64,000 bases of DNA from contig OZ220696.1 of NCBI GenBank assembly GCA_965116495.1, positions 2,208,001 through 2,272,000 of the forward strand. Reading direction: 5' to 3'. Positions 1-10,126 of the stretch are shown piece after piece. The translations under genes and the position numbers were made by a program. The notes beneath the pieces are model-generated. The model saw only the letters and a program-made list of their open reading frames with translations, did not search any database and was not told the DNA's origin. The first letter of the stretch is position 1. Each line of letters starts with the position of its first letter. This stretch comes from Gammaproteobacteria bacterium (GTDB taxonomy: Bacteria; Pseudomonadota; Gammaproteobacteria; Eutrophobiales; Eutrophobiaceae).

Positions 1-19
1 TTGTACGGTTTTCTTCGAC

Positions 20-1048
20 GTGAAGCCGGACAGGCACGCACTGGGGATCATGAAAAAAGCCTGCAAAGAGACCGGCAGGCGGCTGGTCACCGTCGATTTC
101 AACGGCGAACTCCCAGGGAAATGGTCGCCGTTCAGGACCGGCGCCGACCGAGAGATAAAGACCCGGCTGATGCAGGCCTATAACCTCGCAGAAAGAGGCG
201 ACACGGCGGACTTCTACAAGATTGGTGAGCGGGAATTCCTTGAATCAGTTTTCGACAAGTGGAACAAGGAACTCATCGACCTGCCGAAACTGCTCAGGGA
301 CTCGGCGAAACCACCACCCACCGTCACCAACCTGACCCGGGAGATGCTGGCTTTGTCCGCGCTGAAGCCGGGACGCAGCAAGGGGGTCGATATAGAACGT
401 GTGCTGCGGGAAAACGCGGTACTCTACGTGCGTTCGTCTGCCACGGACCCGGTTGTCAAACGCGCCACCCAGGTATTCCTGTTATGCCTCCTGCAGGCCA
501 CGACGCGCATGTATCGGCGCCGGGAACGATCCAGCCACCTGTTCATCGGCATAGACGAGGTGAAGTTCCTGGCTACCGATATCCTGGGGGACATGCTGGC
601 GACCATCACGGGGTTCGATTGCCACCTCGCCATCGCCTACCAGAGCCTGGGCGACCTGAAATCCGTCAACAAACGACTGGTCAACGTGGAAGCCCTGGAG
701 TTCAGCGTGGAGAACAACTGCAAAATGTCCCTGTACTACCAGCCCAACGACTTCGAGACAGCCGAATACGCCGCCCGGCAAAGCGGCACGAAACAGGCCA
801 GCCGCTACCGCATGAACGTGGATATCAACAAAGCGGGCGGCGAGGTATACGCCGAGAGAAACCTGATCACCCAGGAAGAGGTGTACTACATCCACCCGAA
901 TACCCTGATGATGCTGCCGTCCAGGGTGGCCATGGCAAAGATGCCGGGCAGACTGGCCGAGATCATCCACACAGCCTGGGTGGCCGTGGAGCCTGCTTAC
1001 CTGGACCCCCCTTGTCATTCCCGCGAAAGCGGGAACCCAGTCAATTAA
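20..1048 (+). CDS. Type IV coupling protein (VirD4/TraD/TraG-like, TraM-recognition C-terminal domain); likely 5'-truncated by the window edge
   Basis: Walker B-like 'FIGIDEVKF', 'AYQSLGDL', 'DFETAEYAARQSG' and 'LMMLPSR' are typical of TraD/VirD4 C-terminal halves; adjacent to trbM. Confidence 0.75.
   Translation: MKPDRHALGIMKKACKETGRRLVTVDFNGELPGKWSPFRTGADREIKTRLMQAYNLAERGDTADFYKIGEREFLESVFDKWNKELIDLPKLLRDSAKPPPTVTNLTREMLALSALKPGRSKGVDIERVLRENAVLYVRSSATDPVVKRATQVFLLCLLQATTRMYRRRERSSHLFIGIDEVKFLATDILGDMLATITGFDCHLAIAYQSLGDLKSVNKRLVNVEALEFSVENNCKMSLYYQPNDFETAEYAARQSGTKQASRYRMNVDINKAGGEVYAERNLITQEEVYYIHPNTLMMLPSRVAMAKMPGRLAEIIHTAWVAVEPAYLDPPCHSRESGNPVN
1014..1040. repeat. REP-like palindrome, family A (GTCATTCCCGCGAAAGCGGGAACCCAG)
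   Basis: Hairpin TTCCCGC-GAAA-GCGGGAA; related copies at 2069-2095, 3762-3847, 4349-4397, 25785-25810 and about 59555-59662. Confidence 0.8.
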
Positions 1049-1072
1049 ACAATCGCCGAAGGCGATCCTCAA

Positions 1073-1420
1073 TTAACGGGGAACAGACCTGGGGCCTGTC
1101 CCCGGCGCGATGACCCCCGGCGCACCCTCCCACTTGCGCGGCGCCCCGTTCGCCACCGCCCGGGCCAGTTTCGGCGTACCCGTCGGACACTTGTTCAGGA
1201 ACCTCAACCGCGCGGCAAATGTCGCCGGCCAGGTGAATTTCTTGATGGCAAAATAATGGGACAACGCCGGGTTACACGCCCCGGGACGCGCCGGTGAGGA
1301 CAGGCAAAGCAGGGCTTCACAGGACAGGCGCGTAACACCCGTTAACAGGTCGGCGCCGGGAACCGCCCGTCCCTGGCCAAGGATCAACAACAGGAACACC
1401 ATGTAACACATCCGTTTCAT
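1073..1420 (-). CDS. trbM: TrbM/KikA family conjugal transfer protein
   Basis: Signal peptide followed by 'LTGVTRLSCEALLCLSS..PGACNPALSHYFAI...RLRFLNKCP', the cysteine pattern of TrbM. Confidence 0.85.
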   Translation of the reverse strand: MKRMCYMVFLLLILGQGRAVPGADLLTGVTRLSCEALLCLSSPARPGACNPALSHYFAIKKFTWPATFAARLRFLNKCPTGTPKLARAVANGAPRKWEGAPGVIAPGTGPRSVPR

Positions 1421-1506
1421 TTCCTATACTCCTTTTTGATGACCGGGGACAGACCCCCGGAGATAAACAGCGATCAAATAATAGCGCAAAACAACACTTC
1501 CCCTAT

Positions 1507-1536
1507 AAAAAAAGGCGATCAAAAGATCGCCTTTTC
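1507..1536 (-). terminator. Rho-independent terminator
   Basis: AAAAAAAGGCGATC-AAAA-GATCGCCTTTT; hairpin plus U-tract just downstream of the minus-strand ORF ending at 1543. Confidence 0.75.
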
Positions 1537-1542
1537 CGCCGG

Positions 1543-1914
1543 TCAGTTCCAACCTGCTGCAAGCGCGACAGGCATGTCGCGTTGCGGTTGGACGCGGCGA
1601 AGGTGACGCACCGGTTCCAGGAATGCCTGGCAGACAGCTATTTTCTCGAAGCTGTCGAAATTATTGACCGCCTCATGGTAGTCAATAATGACAGAAGAGT
1701 AATAGCCTTCCTCCGCATCCTCGATACGGACTTCGGCAACGTAGAAGGGAGCACCAAATCCTGCGACCTCAAAGGTCAGGTTCCGGTACTTGTCGGTAAC
1801 CAGTTCACCTGTTTGGACTTCGCCGTCCCTGACTATCGTATACCAGCCATCTTCACTTTTCTCTGCCTTAACAGCAGAGTCAATACCAGCAATGAGTTGA
1901 TAATCAACGCTCAT
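1543..1914 (-). CDS. Hypothetical protein
   Basis: ORF with GAGG RBS before the ATG at 1914 and a terminator downstream; no family recognised. Confidence 0.55.
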   Translation of the reverse strand: MSVDYQLIAGIDSAVKAEKSEDGWYTIVRDGEVQTGELVTDKYRNLTFEVAGFGAPFYVAEVRIEDAEEGYYSSVIIDYHEAVNNFDSFEKIAVCQAFLEPVRHLRRVQPQRDMPVALAAGWN

Positions 1915-2068
1915 GATCGCTACCTCAAGAGTTAGTTTCAAGGGTAGGCAATCCGCAACTATCCGGGGGACCCGGATAAATCCGGGTCGCCCGTTTACTC
2001 ACTTTCAAGTATAGCTGAACGGGCCGGCCAGTCCAACAAAAGACAGTATTTATTTGCCCTCCCCGTTC

Positions 2069-2095
2069 GTCATTCCGGCGAAAGCCGGAATCCAG
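2069..2095. repeat. REP-like palindrome, family A
   Basis: GTCATTCCGGCGAAAGCCGGAATCCAG. Confidence 0.8.
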
Positions 2096-2254
2096 TAGAC
2101 CAAGAGTCACCTTTTGGGCGACACATCTGCTTACATCCCTGTGACTGGGTACCGGCCATTCCCTGGCCGGTATGACAGCCGGGTCAAGTCCGGCATGACG
2201 GCGGGTATGGCATTCATTGCTCCCTTTTCGTCGGGTTCCTGTTATATTGGCGAT

Positions 2255-3745
2255 ATGAAACAGGCAAAACTACAGCGTTTCGGAGAACTGCCGGAGCGCG
2301 CCCGGTTCGATGCGCTGGATCACTGGGTCATCGTCATAAGAGAACCGGAGGGAAAGCGGGGATGGCCGCACTTTCCTTACCGCGATGTCCTGCAAAAACG
2401 CCATCAACGGCTGCGCCGGAACGCCGATGACAGCTCGCCGCCGCTGCTCACCGACCTGCCCAATGACAGGGCCGGGCGCGTCGCGATGTCCACCATCAAG
2501 CCGGACTTGTCCACCTTCGAGTTGCTCAGCCTGGCGCGCAAACTGGTGGACGGCCACCATGACTACCGTACAACCGAACTGGGCATCGCTGTCATCGGCT
2601 TTTCCGCGAAACAGTCCGCGCGGGTGGCGGAAGCCCTGCTGGCGGCCGCGTTGGCGGCTGACGCGGAAATGCCGGACTATCACAGCAAACGCAAAGACCA
2701 CAGTAGGCTTGAACAGGTCCACCTGTACGGCGTGCCGGAAAAATACGGGTTTGAGCGCACCTTCGCGGAAGACGAGGGCAATGCCCTGGCGCGCTACCTG
2801 ACCGCCCTGCCCCAGAATGAACTGACCCCGGCGCTGTATCGCAAGCATATCGCCGGGTTAGCCAAAGAATTCGGCTGGAAAAGCCAGTTCTTCAGCATTA
2901 ACCAACTGGAGAAGAAAAAGGCCGGCGCGTTTCTGGCTGTCGCACAGGGAAGTCCCGACAAAGACGGGGGGATAGTGCGCCTGCGTTATGTGCCCGACGA
3001 ACCCGAATCCAACGACGCCCTGTCCCTGGTGGGCAAGGGCATCTGTTTCGACACCGGCGGCGTCAACCTGAAACCCCATAACTACATGATGGGCATGCAC
3101 GAGGACATGGAAGGCAGCGCGGTGGCGCTTGGCGCCCTGGCGGCGCTGACCCGGCTCAAGGCGCCGTTTCCGGTTGAATGCTGGCTGGCGATCTGCACCA
3201 ACCACATCGGCCCGGACGCCTACAACCCCGGCGATATAGTAACCGCCGTTGACGGCACCACTATCGAGATCGTCCACACCGATGCCGAGGGCAGGATGGT
3301 GCTGGCGGACACCCTGGCGTTCGCCTCCCGCAGCAAACCGAAACTGATTATCGACTACGCCACCCTGACCGGGGCCTGCGTCTACGCCATCGGCAAGACC
3401 TACAGTGGCGTGTTCACCAACAAGGCCAACTTTCTACCCGTCATGGTCAAGGCGGGGGTAAACAGCGGCGAGCGGGTCTGGCCGTTTCCCATGGACGAGG
3501 ACTACGACAAGGCCCTGGAGAGCAAGTTCGCCGACACCAAGCAGTGCAGTAGCGACCCCGGCGTGGACCATATCCTCGGTGCGCGCTTCCTGCAACGGTT
3601 CGTCAAGCACGACTGCCCGTGGATCCATGTAGACCTCTCCGCCGGCAACAACAAGGGCGGCCTGGCACACGTTCCCACCGACACCACGGGCTTCGGTGTG
3701 CGGTTTACCCTGAACCTGCTACTGGACCAGAAACTGATGAAATAA
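2255..3745 (+). CDS. Leucyl aminopeptidase (peptidase M17)
   Basis: 'VGKGICFDTGG', 'DMEGSA', 'HTDAEGRMVLAD' and 'ATLTGA' M17 motifs; start moved to ATG 2255 because the upstream extension reads through repeats. Confidence 0.92.
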   Translation: MKQAKLQRFGELPERARFDALDHWVIVIREPEGKRGWPHFPYRDVLQKRHQRLRRNADDSSPPLLTDLPNDRAGRVAMSTIKPDLSTFELLSLARKLVDGHHDYRTTELGIAVIGFSAKQSARVAEALLAAALAADAEMPDYHSKRKDHSRLEQVHLYGVPEKYGFERTFAEDEGNALARYLTALPQNELTPALYRKHIAGLAKEFGWKSQFFSINQLEKKKAGAFLAVAQGSPDKDGGIVRLRYVPDEPESNDALSLVGKGICFDTGGVNLKPHNYMMGMHEDMEGSAVALGALAALTRLKAPFPVECWLAICTNHIGPDAYNPGDIVTAVDGTTIEIVHTDAEGRMVLADTLAFASRSKPKLIIDYATLTGACVYAIGKTYSGVFTNKANFLPVMVKAGVNSGERVWPFPMDEDYDKALESKFADTKQCSSDPGVDHILGARFLQRFVKHDCPWIHVDLSAGNNKGGLAHVPTDTTGFGVRFTLNLLLDQKLMK

Positions 3746-3761
3746 CCGGCGCGCTCTGTCC

Positions 3762-3847
3762 GTCATTCCCGCGCCCGTTCGTCATTCCGGCGAAAGCCGG
3801 AACCCAGGCCAATTTTTTTACTGGATTCCCGCGTATACGGGAATGAC
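3762..3847. repeat. Cluster of family A REP palindromes (inverted pair) between convergent genes
   Basis: GTCATTCCGGCGAAAGCCGGAACCCAG ... CTGGATTCCCGCGTATACGGGAATGAC. Confidence 0.8.
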
Positions 3848-3867
3848 GAACAAAGAAAGACAGCCTA

Positions 3868-4314
3868 CTACCAGACTCCAACGTTCTCAGCCGATGCCCA
3901 CGGCTCCTGTGGCGCTCTCGCCCCACCCTTCTGCAACAGTTCAATGGAGATATTATCCGGCGTACGCAGGAACGCCATGTGACCGTCCCGCGGCGGCCGG
4001 TTGATGGTAACGCCGCTGTCCGCAATCTTCTGGCAGGTGGCATAGATATCATCCACCTCGAAAGCGACGTGACCGAAGTTGCGCCCGCCGGCGTACTCTT
4101 CCGGGTCCCAGTTATAGGTTAACTCCAGCACCGGCGCGGGCTGGCCCGGCCCCTCCATCCCGTCCACGTCACCGGAGGCGGCCAGGAACACCAGGGTAAA
4201 ACGTCCCTTCTCGCTCTCCATTCGTTTCACTTCCTGCATGCCCATGACGTCACAGAAAAAAGACATGGTCTTGTCCAGGTCGGAGACCCGGAGCATGGTG
4301 TGTAGATATCGCAT
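3868..4314 (-). CDS. gloA: Lactoylglutathione lyase (glyoxalase I)
   Basis: '[10 protein letters not shown]', 'LELTYNWD', 'NFGHVAF', '[10 protein letters not shown]'. Confidence 0.92.
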   Translation of the reverse strand: MRYLHTMLRVSDLDKTMSFFCDVMGMQEVKRMESEKGRFTLVFLAASGDVDGMEGPGQPAPVLELTYNWDPEEYAGGRNFGHVAFEVDDIYATCQKIADSGVTINRPPRDGHMAFLRTPDNISIELLQKGGARAPQEPWASAENVGVW

Positions 4315-4413
4315 TGGTTTTCTCCTTTATCGGGGGTTGTTTATCTCACGTCATTCCGGTTTAAGTTTATCCCTGCGAAAGCAGGGACCGGAATCCACTA
4401 TTTGAATCATGTT

Positions 4414-5628
4414 TTAGCCGACGCCGGCCATCGCTGAAGCCTTAATCTGCGTGACCGAAAGTCTATTAAGCGCATTGTCTATCAAGTTTACCGCATCATC
4501 AATATCTGCGTCTGTCGTGTCAAAGCCGAGACTGAATCGGATGGATGCTTCGGCATCTTCAGGGGATAGACCTATGGCTTTGAGAACGTGGGAAGGTTCC
4601 GGAATCCCGGATGTGCAGGCCGACCCGGTAGAAGCGGCAAGATGGGGCTGAAGCACCTGCAGAATATCCTGGGCGTAGAAACCTTCGAAGCAAATATTGG
4701 CATTGCCGGGGTGGCGGGATTCTTCGGTGGGGCCGTTCAATCGGATGGACCAGGGCAAGTCCGCCAATTTTTCGAGGAGGCGATCCCGTCTTTGACGCAG
4801 GAAGGTACGCTTTTGCCTCGACTCAGTACTACTCAGAAGTTCGGCAGCCGCACCCATGCCTACGCACAAAGCCGTAGGAACGGTGCCTGCGCGCAAACCG
4901 TTCTGTTGTCCACCCCCGTAGATAAGCGGTTCCAGGCGATCCTGCAACTCCCGGCGGATGTAGAGCGTGCCGATACCTTTCGGTCCGTACATCTTGTGGG
5001 CGGACAGACTCAACATGTCTACATGCTCGGCAACTCCCCGTATATCCATGGAAACGGGAGCCTGGGCGGCATCGCAATGAAATATGGCGCCTGCGTTTCT
5101 CACGAGTTCAGAAATTTCTTGGATGTCCTGTATTGTGCCAATTTCATTATTCACCGCCATGATGGAAACGGCGAGTACGTCTTCATCCAAGGCATCTTCC
5201 AGTGACGCCAACAGGACGCGGCCTTCCCTGTCGACGGTTAGATGCTCTACAGGAAGACCATGCTGGTCGGAAATTACCCGTCCGGCTGCAAGCACGCACT
5301 TGTGCTCAATCTCGCTGAGGATAAAACGTCTCCTTCTGCTTAATGAGCGAACGCGACGGGCAAGCCCAAGCAGGGCCATGTTGTTCGCTTCAGTGGCGCC
5401 TGACGTGAAAATGATCTCATCAGGGTCGGCGCCAATCAAAGCTGCGACTTGCGCTGCCGCCTGCTCCACGGCAAGAGAACTTTTCCAACCGAGTGTGTGG
5501 TCTGCTGAATGGGGGTTGCCGAAGGATTCCCTGAAATACGGCAGCATCCGGTCCAGGATCTGTTGATCGACGGGTGTGGTCGCCTGGTGATCCAGATAGA
5601 TGGTTTCTGAAATCCTCATTAATTTCAA
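4414..5628 (-). CDS. sspA: Cysteine desulfurase (IscS/DndA/SspA-like), sulfur donor for DNA phosphorothioation
   Basis: 'YLDHQATTP', 'FTSGATE', PLP lysine 'SAHKMYGPKG', catalytic 'STGSACTS'; divergent from DUF4007-ATPase-PAPS reductase. Confidence 0.85.
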   Translation of the reverse strand: MKLMRISETIYLDHQATTPVDQQILDRMLPYFRESFGNPHSADHTLGWKSSLAVEQAAAQVAALIGADPDEIIFTSGATEANNMALLGLARRVRSLSRRRRFILSEIEHKCVLAAGRVISDQHGLPVEHLTVDREGRVLLASLEDALDEDVLAVSIMAVNNEIGTIQDIQEISELVRNAGAIFHCDAAQAPVSMDIRGVAEHVDMLSLSAHKMYGPKGIGTLYIRRELQDRLEPLIYGGGQQNGLRAGTVPTALCVGMGAAAELLSSTESRQKRTFLRQRRDRLLEKLADLPWSIRLNGPTEESRHPGNANICFEGFYAQDILQVLQPHLAASTGSACTSGIPEPSHVLKAIGLSPEDAEASIRFSLGFDTTDADIDDAVNLIDNALNRLSVTQIKASAMAGVG

Positions 5629-5774
5629 TCAGATATAAGAAAAAACCCCAAGCCGATAAAGTTTCTGACTTTGTTGCTGAAATATGCAAAAAAACGATAA
5701 CGTACGGATTGACTATAGCATACTCAATACATTAAAATCGAACTGGAGTTGTACTCCAGGAAGGAAATAGACTT

Positions 5775-6740
5775 ATGCCATATAAGCCACTGCTTGAAGC
5801 AAATTATCGCCCGTCATTCTCGGGACATGAGACCTTTCCCCTACGCTACGGATGGCTGAAAAAAGCATTCGACCGCGTTGCCGAAACTGAGCATTACTAT
5901 CATAATAAATCCCTGTGTTGGGCCGAAGACGCCATCGCACGCTTCGGTGTCGGAAAAAATATGGTTGCCTCCATACGCCATTGGGCAACAAGTTGTGATA
6001 TTATTGAAGAACCTGATAAGGAAGATTCAGTCAAAACGACAACACTTGGACAAAAGCTTTTTGGAAACAATGGGATAAAAGGGATTGACCCATATATGGA
6101 ACACCCCGCCACACTCTGGCTCATCCATTGGAAGTTGGCCGCCCAACCGAAGAAAACAACCTGGTTCTGGGCTTTCGGCCATTATCCGGCAGTTACCTTT
6201 TCCCGTAACCAATTCGTGCAAAAAATCGGGCGTCTTGCAAAGGATCGCGTGTGGCGTGTCTCAAATACGACTATCAAAAATGACGTTGCCTGTTTTATCC
6301 GGACTTATGCAGCACGGCAAGCAACGGGAAGAACCGGCCATGATGATGCACTGGAATCACCGCTGACGGAATTGGGATTGATCAAAACCGTAGGAGAAAA
6401 AGACGGATTTCGTTTTATGCGCGGCCCCAAAGCAACCCTCACTGACGGCGTGTTTGTATATGCCCTGCTGGATTTCTGGTCGCGCTACTCTGATGCCAAC
6501 ACATTGTCATTTGAAGCTCTTACTTACGAACCAGGCGGACCGGGGCGCGTGTTTGCCCTGGAAGAGAATGATGTAGTCGATCGCTTGACGGCGCTCGAAG
6601 ATATAACGAGTGGGAAGTTGCGATGGTCTGAGGCCGCCGGTTTGAAACAGGTGGTCCGCAATATTGATATCGACGAAGAAACAAAACTCCAATACCTGTT
6701 TTCCGATTATGACAGTTCAACCGTAGAGGGAACAAATTAG
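5775..6740 (+). CDS. sspB: DUF4007 family protein (SspB-like)
   Basis: 'FSGHETFPLRYGWLKK', 'FGVGKNMVASIRHW', 'DPYME...LWLIHW', 'ESPLTELGLI' match DUF4007. Confidence 0.88.
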   Translation: MPYKPLLEANYRPSFSGHETFPLRYGWLKKAFDRVAETEHYYHNKSLCWAEDAIARFGVGKNMVASIRHWATSCDIIEEPDKEDSVKTTTLGQKLFGNNGIKGIDPYMEHPATLWLIHWKLAAQPKKTTWFWAFGHYPAVTFSRNQFVQKIGRLAKDRVWRVSNTTIKNDVACFIRTYAARQATGRTGHDDALESPLTELGLIKTVGEKDGFRFMRGPKATLTDGVFVYALLDFWSRYSDANTLSFEALTYEPGGPGRVFALEENDVVDRLTALEDITSGKLRWSEAAGLKQVVRNIDIDEETKLQYLFSDYDSSTVEGTN

Positions 6741-6742
6741 TA

Positions 6743-9700
6743 ATGCTGAAAGAACACGTCCATATTGCCAGGCGTTTTTTGAGATCAATACGCATCGATA
6801 CTGATCTTACTGAAAGCTCGGCATTGGAAGGTTTTATTTGCCCGCAGTCATCCAGAGATGTCCTGATGACCATGGCACGCCACGTAACCGAAACCGGACA
6901 AGGCGCATTCACCTGGACCGGTCCGTACGGAAGTGGGAAGTCCAGCTTGGTCGTTGCACTGAGCGCATTGTTAAGCGGCAGTGCTTCTCTACGCGCGCAA
7001 GCGGGAAAGATATTCGGATGGGAATTGACGGATACCATCGCGGAAGCGATGCCCTCGGGAACTGAAGGATGGCGCATCGTGCCTGTGGTCGGTGTTCGGG
7101 ATGATCCTGTCAGGGTAATTGGAGAAGCCGCTCGACGGGAACTAGTCGTAAAACGCCGTCCTCGCGGCGGGTGGAGAGAAAGCAACCTGATAAAAGCGCT
7201 GACAGATGCCGCTGAATACAAGCCTGACAGGTACGGCGGGGTTGTCTTGTTCATTGACGAGATGGGCAAATTCCTGGAAAGCGCTGTCAGGGACGGTTCC
7301 GATATCTACGTCTTCCAGCAACTTGCGGAAGCGGCGTCACGGAGCAAGGGGCGCTTGCTGGTAATCGGTATACTGCACCAGTCATTCGAGGAGTATACCC
7401 ACCGGCTTTCCCATGAAATAAGGGACGAATGGGCCAAGGTACAAGGACGGTTCATAGACTTGGTGATCAATGCGACGGGCGAAGAGCAGATAGAACTGAT
7501 TTCCCGCGCAATCGAAAGTGATCGTCAACCCAAGATTATGGATGACCTTAGCTCCAATGTCGCTCAGGTTACGCTGCAAAATAACAAGATCGACATTGAT
7601 CGACTCGCCTCGAGGCTGACAGCATGCTGGCCCCTGCACCCGGTTGTCACCTGCCTGCTCGGCCCCATCTCGCGCCGTCGGTTCGGACAAAACCAGCGCA
7701 GCCTGTTCGGCTTTTTGAACTCGGCAGAGTTATTCGGGTTTCAGGATTTCCTGAAACACGCCGATGATGAGAAGTTATATACACCGGACATGCTCTGGGA
7801 TTACCTGCGCGCCAACCTGGAGCCATCCATATTGGCATCACCGGACGGCCATCGCTGGGCGTTGGCCGCCGAGGCGCTTGAACGGTGTGAATCTCAGGAC
7901 GGCAACGAACTACACATCAGTCTTTTGAAAACCATTGCCGTCATAGACCTGTTCAAGGAACGTTCAGGGATTATCGCAAACTTCAACGTACTGCAAACCT
8001 GTTTCCATGAAATACCCGACCAGGAACTCCCGGGCGCCTTGTTGAAGCTGAATAACTGGTCATTCACCATTTACAAAAAGTACCTTGAGACACATGCTAT
8101 TTTTGCCGGTAGCGATTTCGATATCGATCAAGCCACGCGGTCGGCGCTTGAACAGATACATGAGATAGATTTCAAGGAACTTAAATCACTAGCAGGCATT
8201 CAGCCCATTCTAGCCAAGCGGCACTATCACGAGACCGGGACGTTGCGATGGTTTGAGGTAAACATCATACCGCTCAGTGCTCTCCGTGATACTGTCGAGC
8301 ATTACCAGCCTGAGAAGGGGGCCATAGGCCAATTTATTCTTGCCGTACCCACCGCGGGTGAGAGCGAAGAAGAAGCAACAAAACTGTGTCGAGAAGCAGC
8401 CGACCATGATGCCCCCTGGGACAGTCTGGTCGGCATGTCGAAGGCATCATGGACGATTATTCCATTAGCCCGTGAACTGCTTGCATTGGAATGGGTAAGT
8501 GACGAACATCCTGAATTGGCGGGTGATTCTGTTGCTAGGCGGGAAGTTTCCGCACGCCTAGCAGCCCTGCAATCACTGCTTGAAACAGAATTGCACAAAT
8601 CCTTTGATAATGCCAAATGGTTTGGCAAATCACACACCGCCCAGCCCCTGAGGCAGGCTGAACTGAACAACATCGCATCAGAACTTGCAGACAGTCGTTT
8701 CAACCAATGTCCACACTTGCATAATGAACTGTTGAACCGGCAGAAACCGTCCGGCAGCGCCGTGGCAGCCCAAAATATATTGCTGCGACGCATGGTTCTG
8801 AACAAAGGGGAGGACAGGCTGGGCATCCGGAAATTCCCGGCAGAAGCCGGCCTGTTTGTTTCAATACTGGATGCGTCCGGGCTTTATCGGAAACGCAATG
8901 ATCAATGGCGATTCTTGCCTCCCGATAAACACTCGGACTCCTGTTGTCTTATCCCGATGTGGGAAGCTGCGAGCACGCTGGTACATGAAAAAACTATCAC
9001 CGTCACGGATTTGTATGATCTCTGGCGCAAACCACCCTTCGGTGTGAAAGACGGACTACTACCGGTTCTTTCCGTCGCATTCATTCTGTCACAACAGGAG
9101 AAACTGGCAGTCTACCGGGAAGGATTATTCAAAGCCCGATTTGACGACGTTGACGTTGACTACCTGGCAAAGGATCCGAACACCATCCAGGTCCGGTGGA
9201 TGGATTTATCCGACATAGCCCGCAGGTTATTGTCGGAAATGGCGGCAATAGTCCGGGACCTGGACGAAACCAACCGGCTCAGTCAACTTGAACCCATCGA
9301 CGTCGCCCGCGGATTGGTAGCGATATATGACCAATTACCACAATGGACTAAACGGACCATGCGGCTGTCAGCCAACGCGATCCACATCAGGGACATGTTC
9401 AAGCGCGCGCGCGATCCGAACAAGTTCCTGTTTGATGATATACCGGAAACACTGGGAGGAGATATTTCCCAAATCGACGAGGAAGCCCTGCACCGATTAG
9501 TAGAAAAAGTACGCGATGGTCTGACTGAACTGGCAAACGCCTATCCCTCAATGTTGCATAGGTTGCGAGAAACCCTGCTCTCCGAATTGGGTGTGCATAA
9601 TATCTCCCCGCAATCACTGAATGAACTGCGTGACCGCGCTGAAAACATCCGTCAGGTCGAAGGCGATTTCAAACTCGAAGCTTTCATCGGCAGGATTGCA

Positions 9701-10126
9701 CAATTCAATGATACCGGTGCAAGCATCGAAGATATAGCCAGCCTGGCGGCGAACAAACCACCCCGTCACTGGATTGATCCCGATCGCGACCGGACGACCG
9801 TCGAGATTGCTGAACTTTCGCAAAAATTTCTGCGGGCTGAATTATATGCTCGGGTTAAAGACCGACCTGACAAACGCCATGCCATGGCAGTAGTCGTCGG
9901 GATGGATGGCCGACCGACACCAGTTCATGAAGAATTTGCTATTGCTGACATGGATCGAAATCAGGTAGATCTATTAATCAAGCAAGTAAAAGACGCATTG
10001 GAGCACAGCGGAGAAAGACGCCGCAATATCATCCTGGCCGCCCTGGCAGAATTAAGCGCCTTGTATCTCAAACAGGCTGCATCCGATCATACGGATACAG
10101 AACAAAAGGAACAGACGGCGTCATGA
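6743..10126 (+). CDS. sspC: Large P-loop ATPase (SspC-like)
   Basis: Walker A 'GPYGSGKS', Walker B 'LFIDEMGKFLE', 'EWAKVQGRF', 'FGQNQRSLFGFL', 'PPFGVKDG'; lies between DUF4007 and PAPS reductase. Confidence 0.85.
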   Translation: MLKEHVHIARRFLRSIRIDTDLTESSALEGFICPQSSRDVLMTMARHVTETGQGAFTWTGPYGSGKSSLVVALSALLSGSASLRAQAGKIFGWELTDTIAEAMPSGTEGWRIVPVVGVRDDPVRVIGEAARRELVVKRRPRGGWRESNLIKALTDAAEYKPDRYGGVVLFIDEMGKFLESAVRDGSDIYVFQQLAEAASRSKGRLLVIGILHQSFEEYTHRLSHEIRDEWAKVQGRFIDLVINATGEEQIELISRAIESDRQPKIMDDLSSNVAQVTLQNNKIDIDRLASRLTACWPLHPVVTCLLGPISRRRFGQNQRSLFGFLNSAELFGFQDFLKHADDEKLYTPDMLWDYLRANLEPSILASPDGHRWALAAEALERCESQDGNELHISLLKTIAVIDLFKERSGIIANFNVLQTCFHEIPDQELPGALLKLNNWSFTIYKKYLETHAIFAGSDFDIDQATRSALEQIHEIDFKELKSLAGIQPILAKRHYHETGTLRWFEVNIIPLSALRDTVEHYQPEKGAIGQFILAVPTAGESEEEATKLCREAADHDAPWDSLVGMSKASWTIIPLARELLALEWVSDEHPELAGDSVARREVSARLAALQSLLETELHKSFDNAKWFGKSHTAQPLRQAELNNIASELADSRFNQCPHLHNELLNRQKPSGSAVAAQNILLRRMVLNKGEDRLGIRKFPAEAGLFVSILDASGLYRKRNDQWRFLPPDKHSDSCCLIPMWEAASTLVHEKTITVTDLYDLWRKPPFGVKDGLLPVLSVAFILSQQEKLAVYREGLFKARFDDVDVDYLAKDPNTIQVRWMDLSDIARRLLSEMAAIVRDLDETNRLSQLEPIDVARGLVAIYDQLPQWTKRTMRLSANAIHIRDMFKRARDPNKFLFDDIPETLGGDISQIDEEALHRLVEKVRDGLTELANAYPSMLHRLRETLLSELGVHNISPQSLNELRDRAENIRQVEGDFKLEAFIGRIAQFNDTGASIEDIASLAANKPPRHWIDPDRDRTTVEIAELSQKFLRAELYARVKDRPDKRHAMAVVVGMDGRPTPVHEEFAIADMDRNQVDLLIKQVKDALEHSGERRRNIILAALAELSALYLKQAASDHTDTEQKEQTAS

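Noticed and set aside
2114-2254. N-terminal extension of the aminopeptidase
   Set aside because: TTG start reading through repeat-like DNA; ATG 2255 is more plausible.
4414-5628. Housekeeping iscS
   Set aside because: No iscR/iscU/suf neighbours; the context is the PT cluster.
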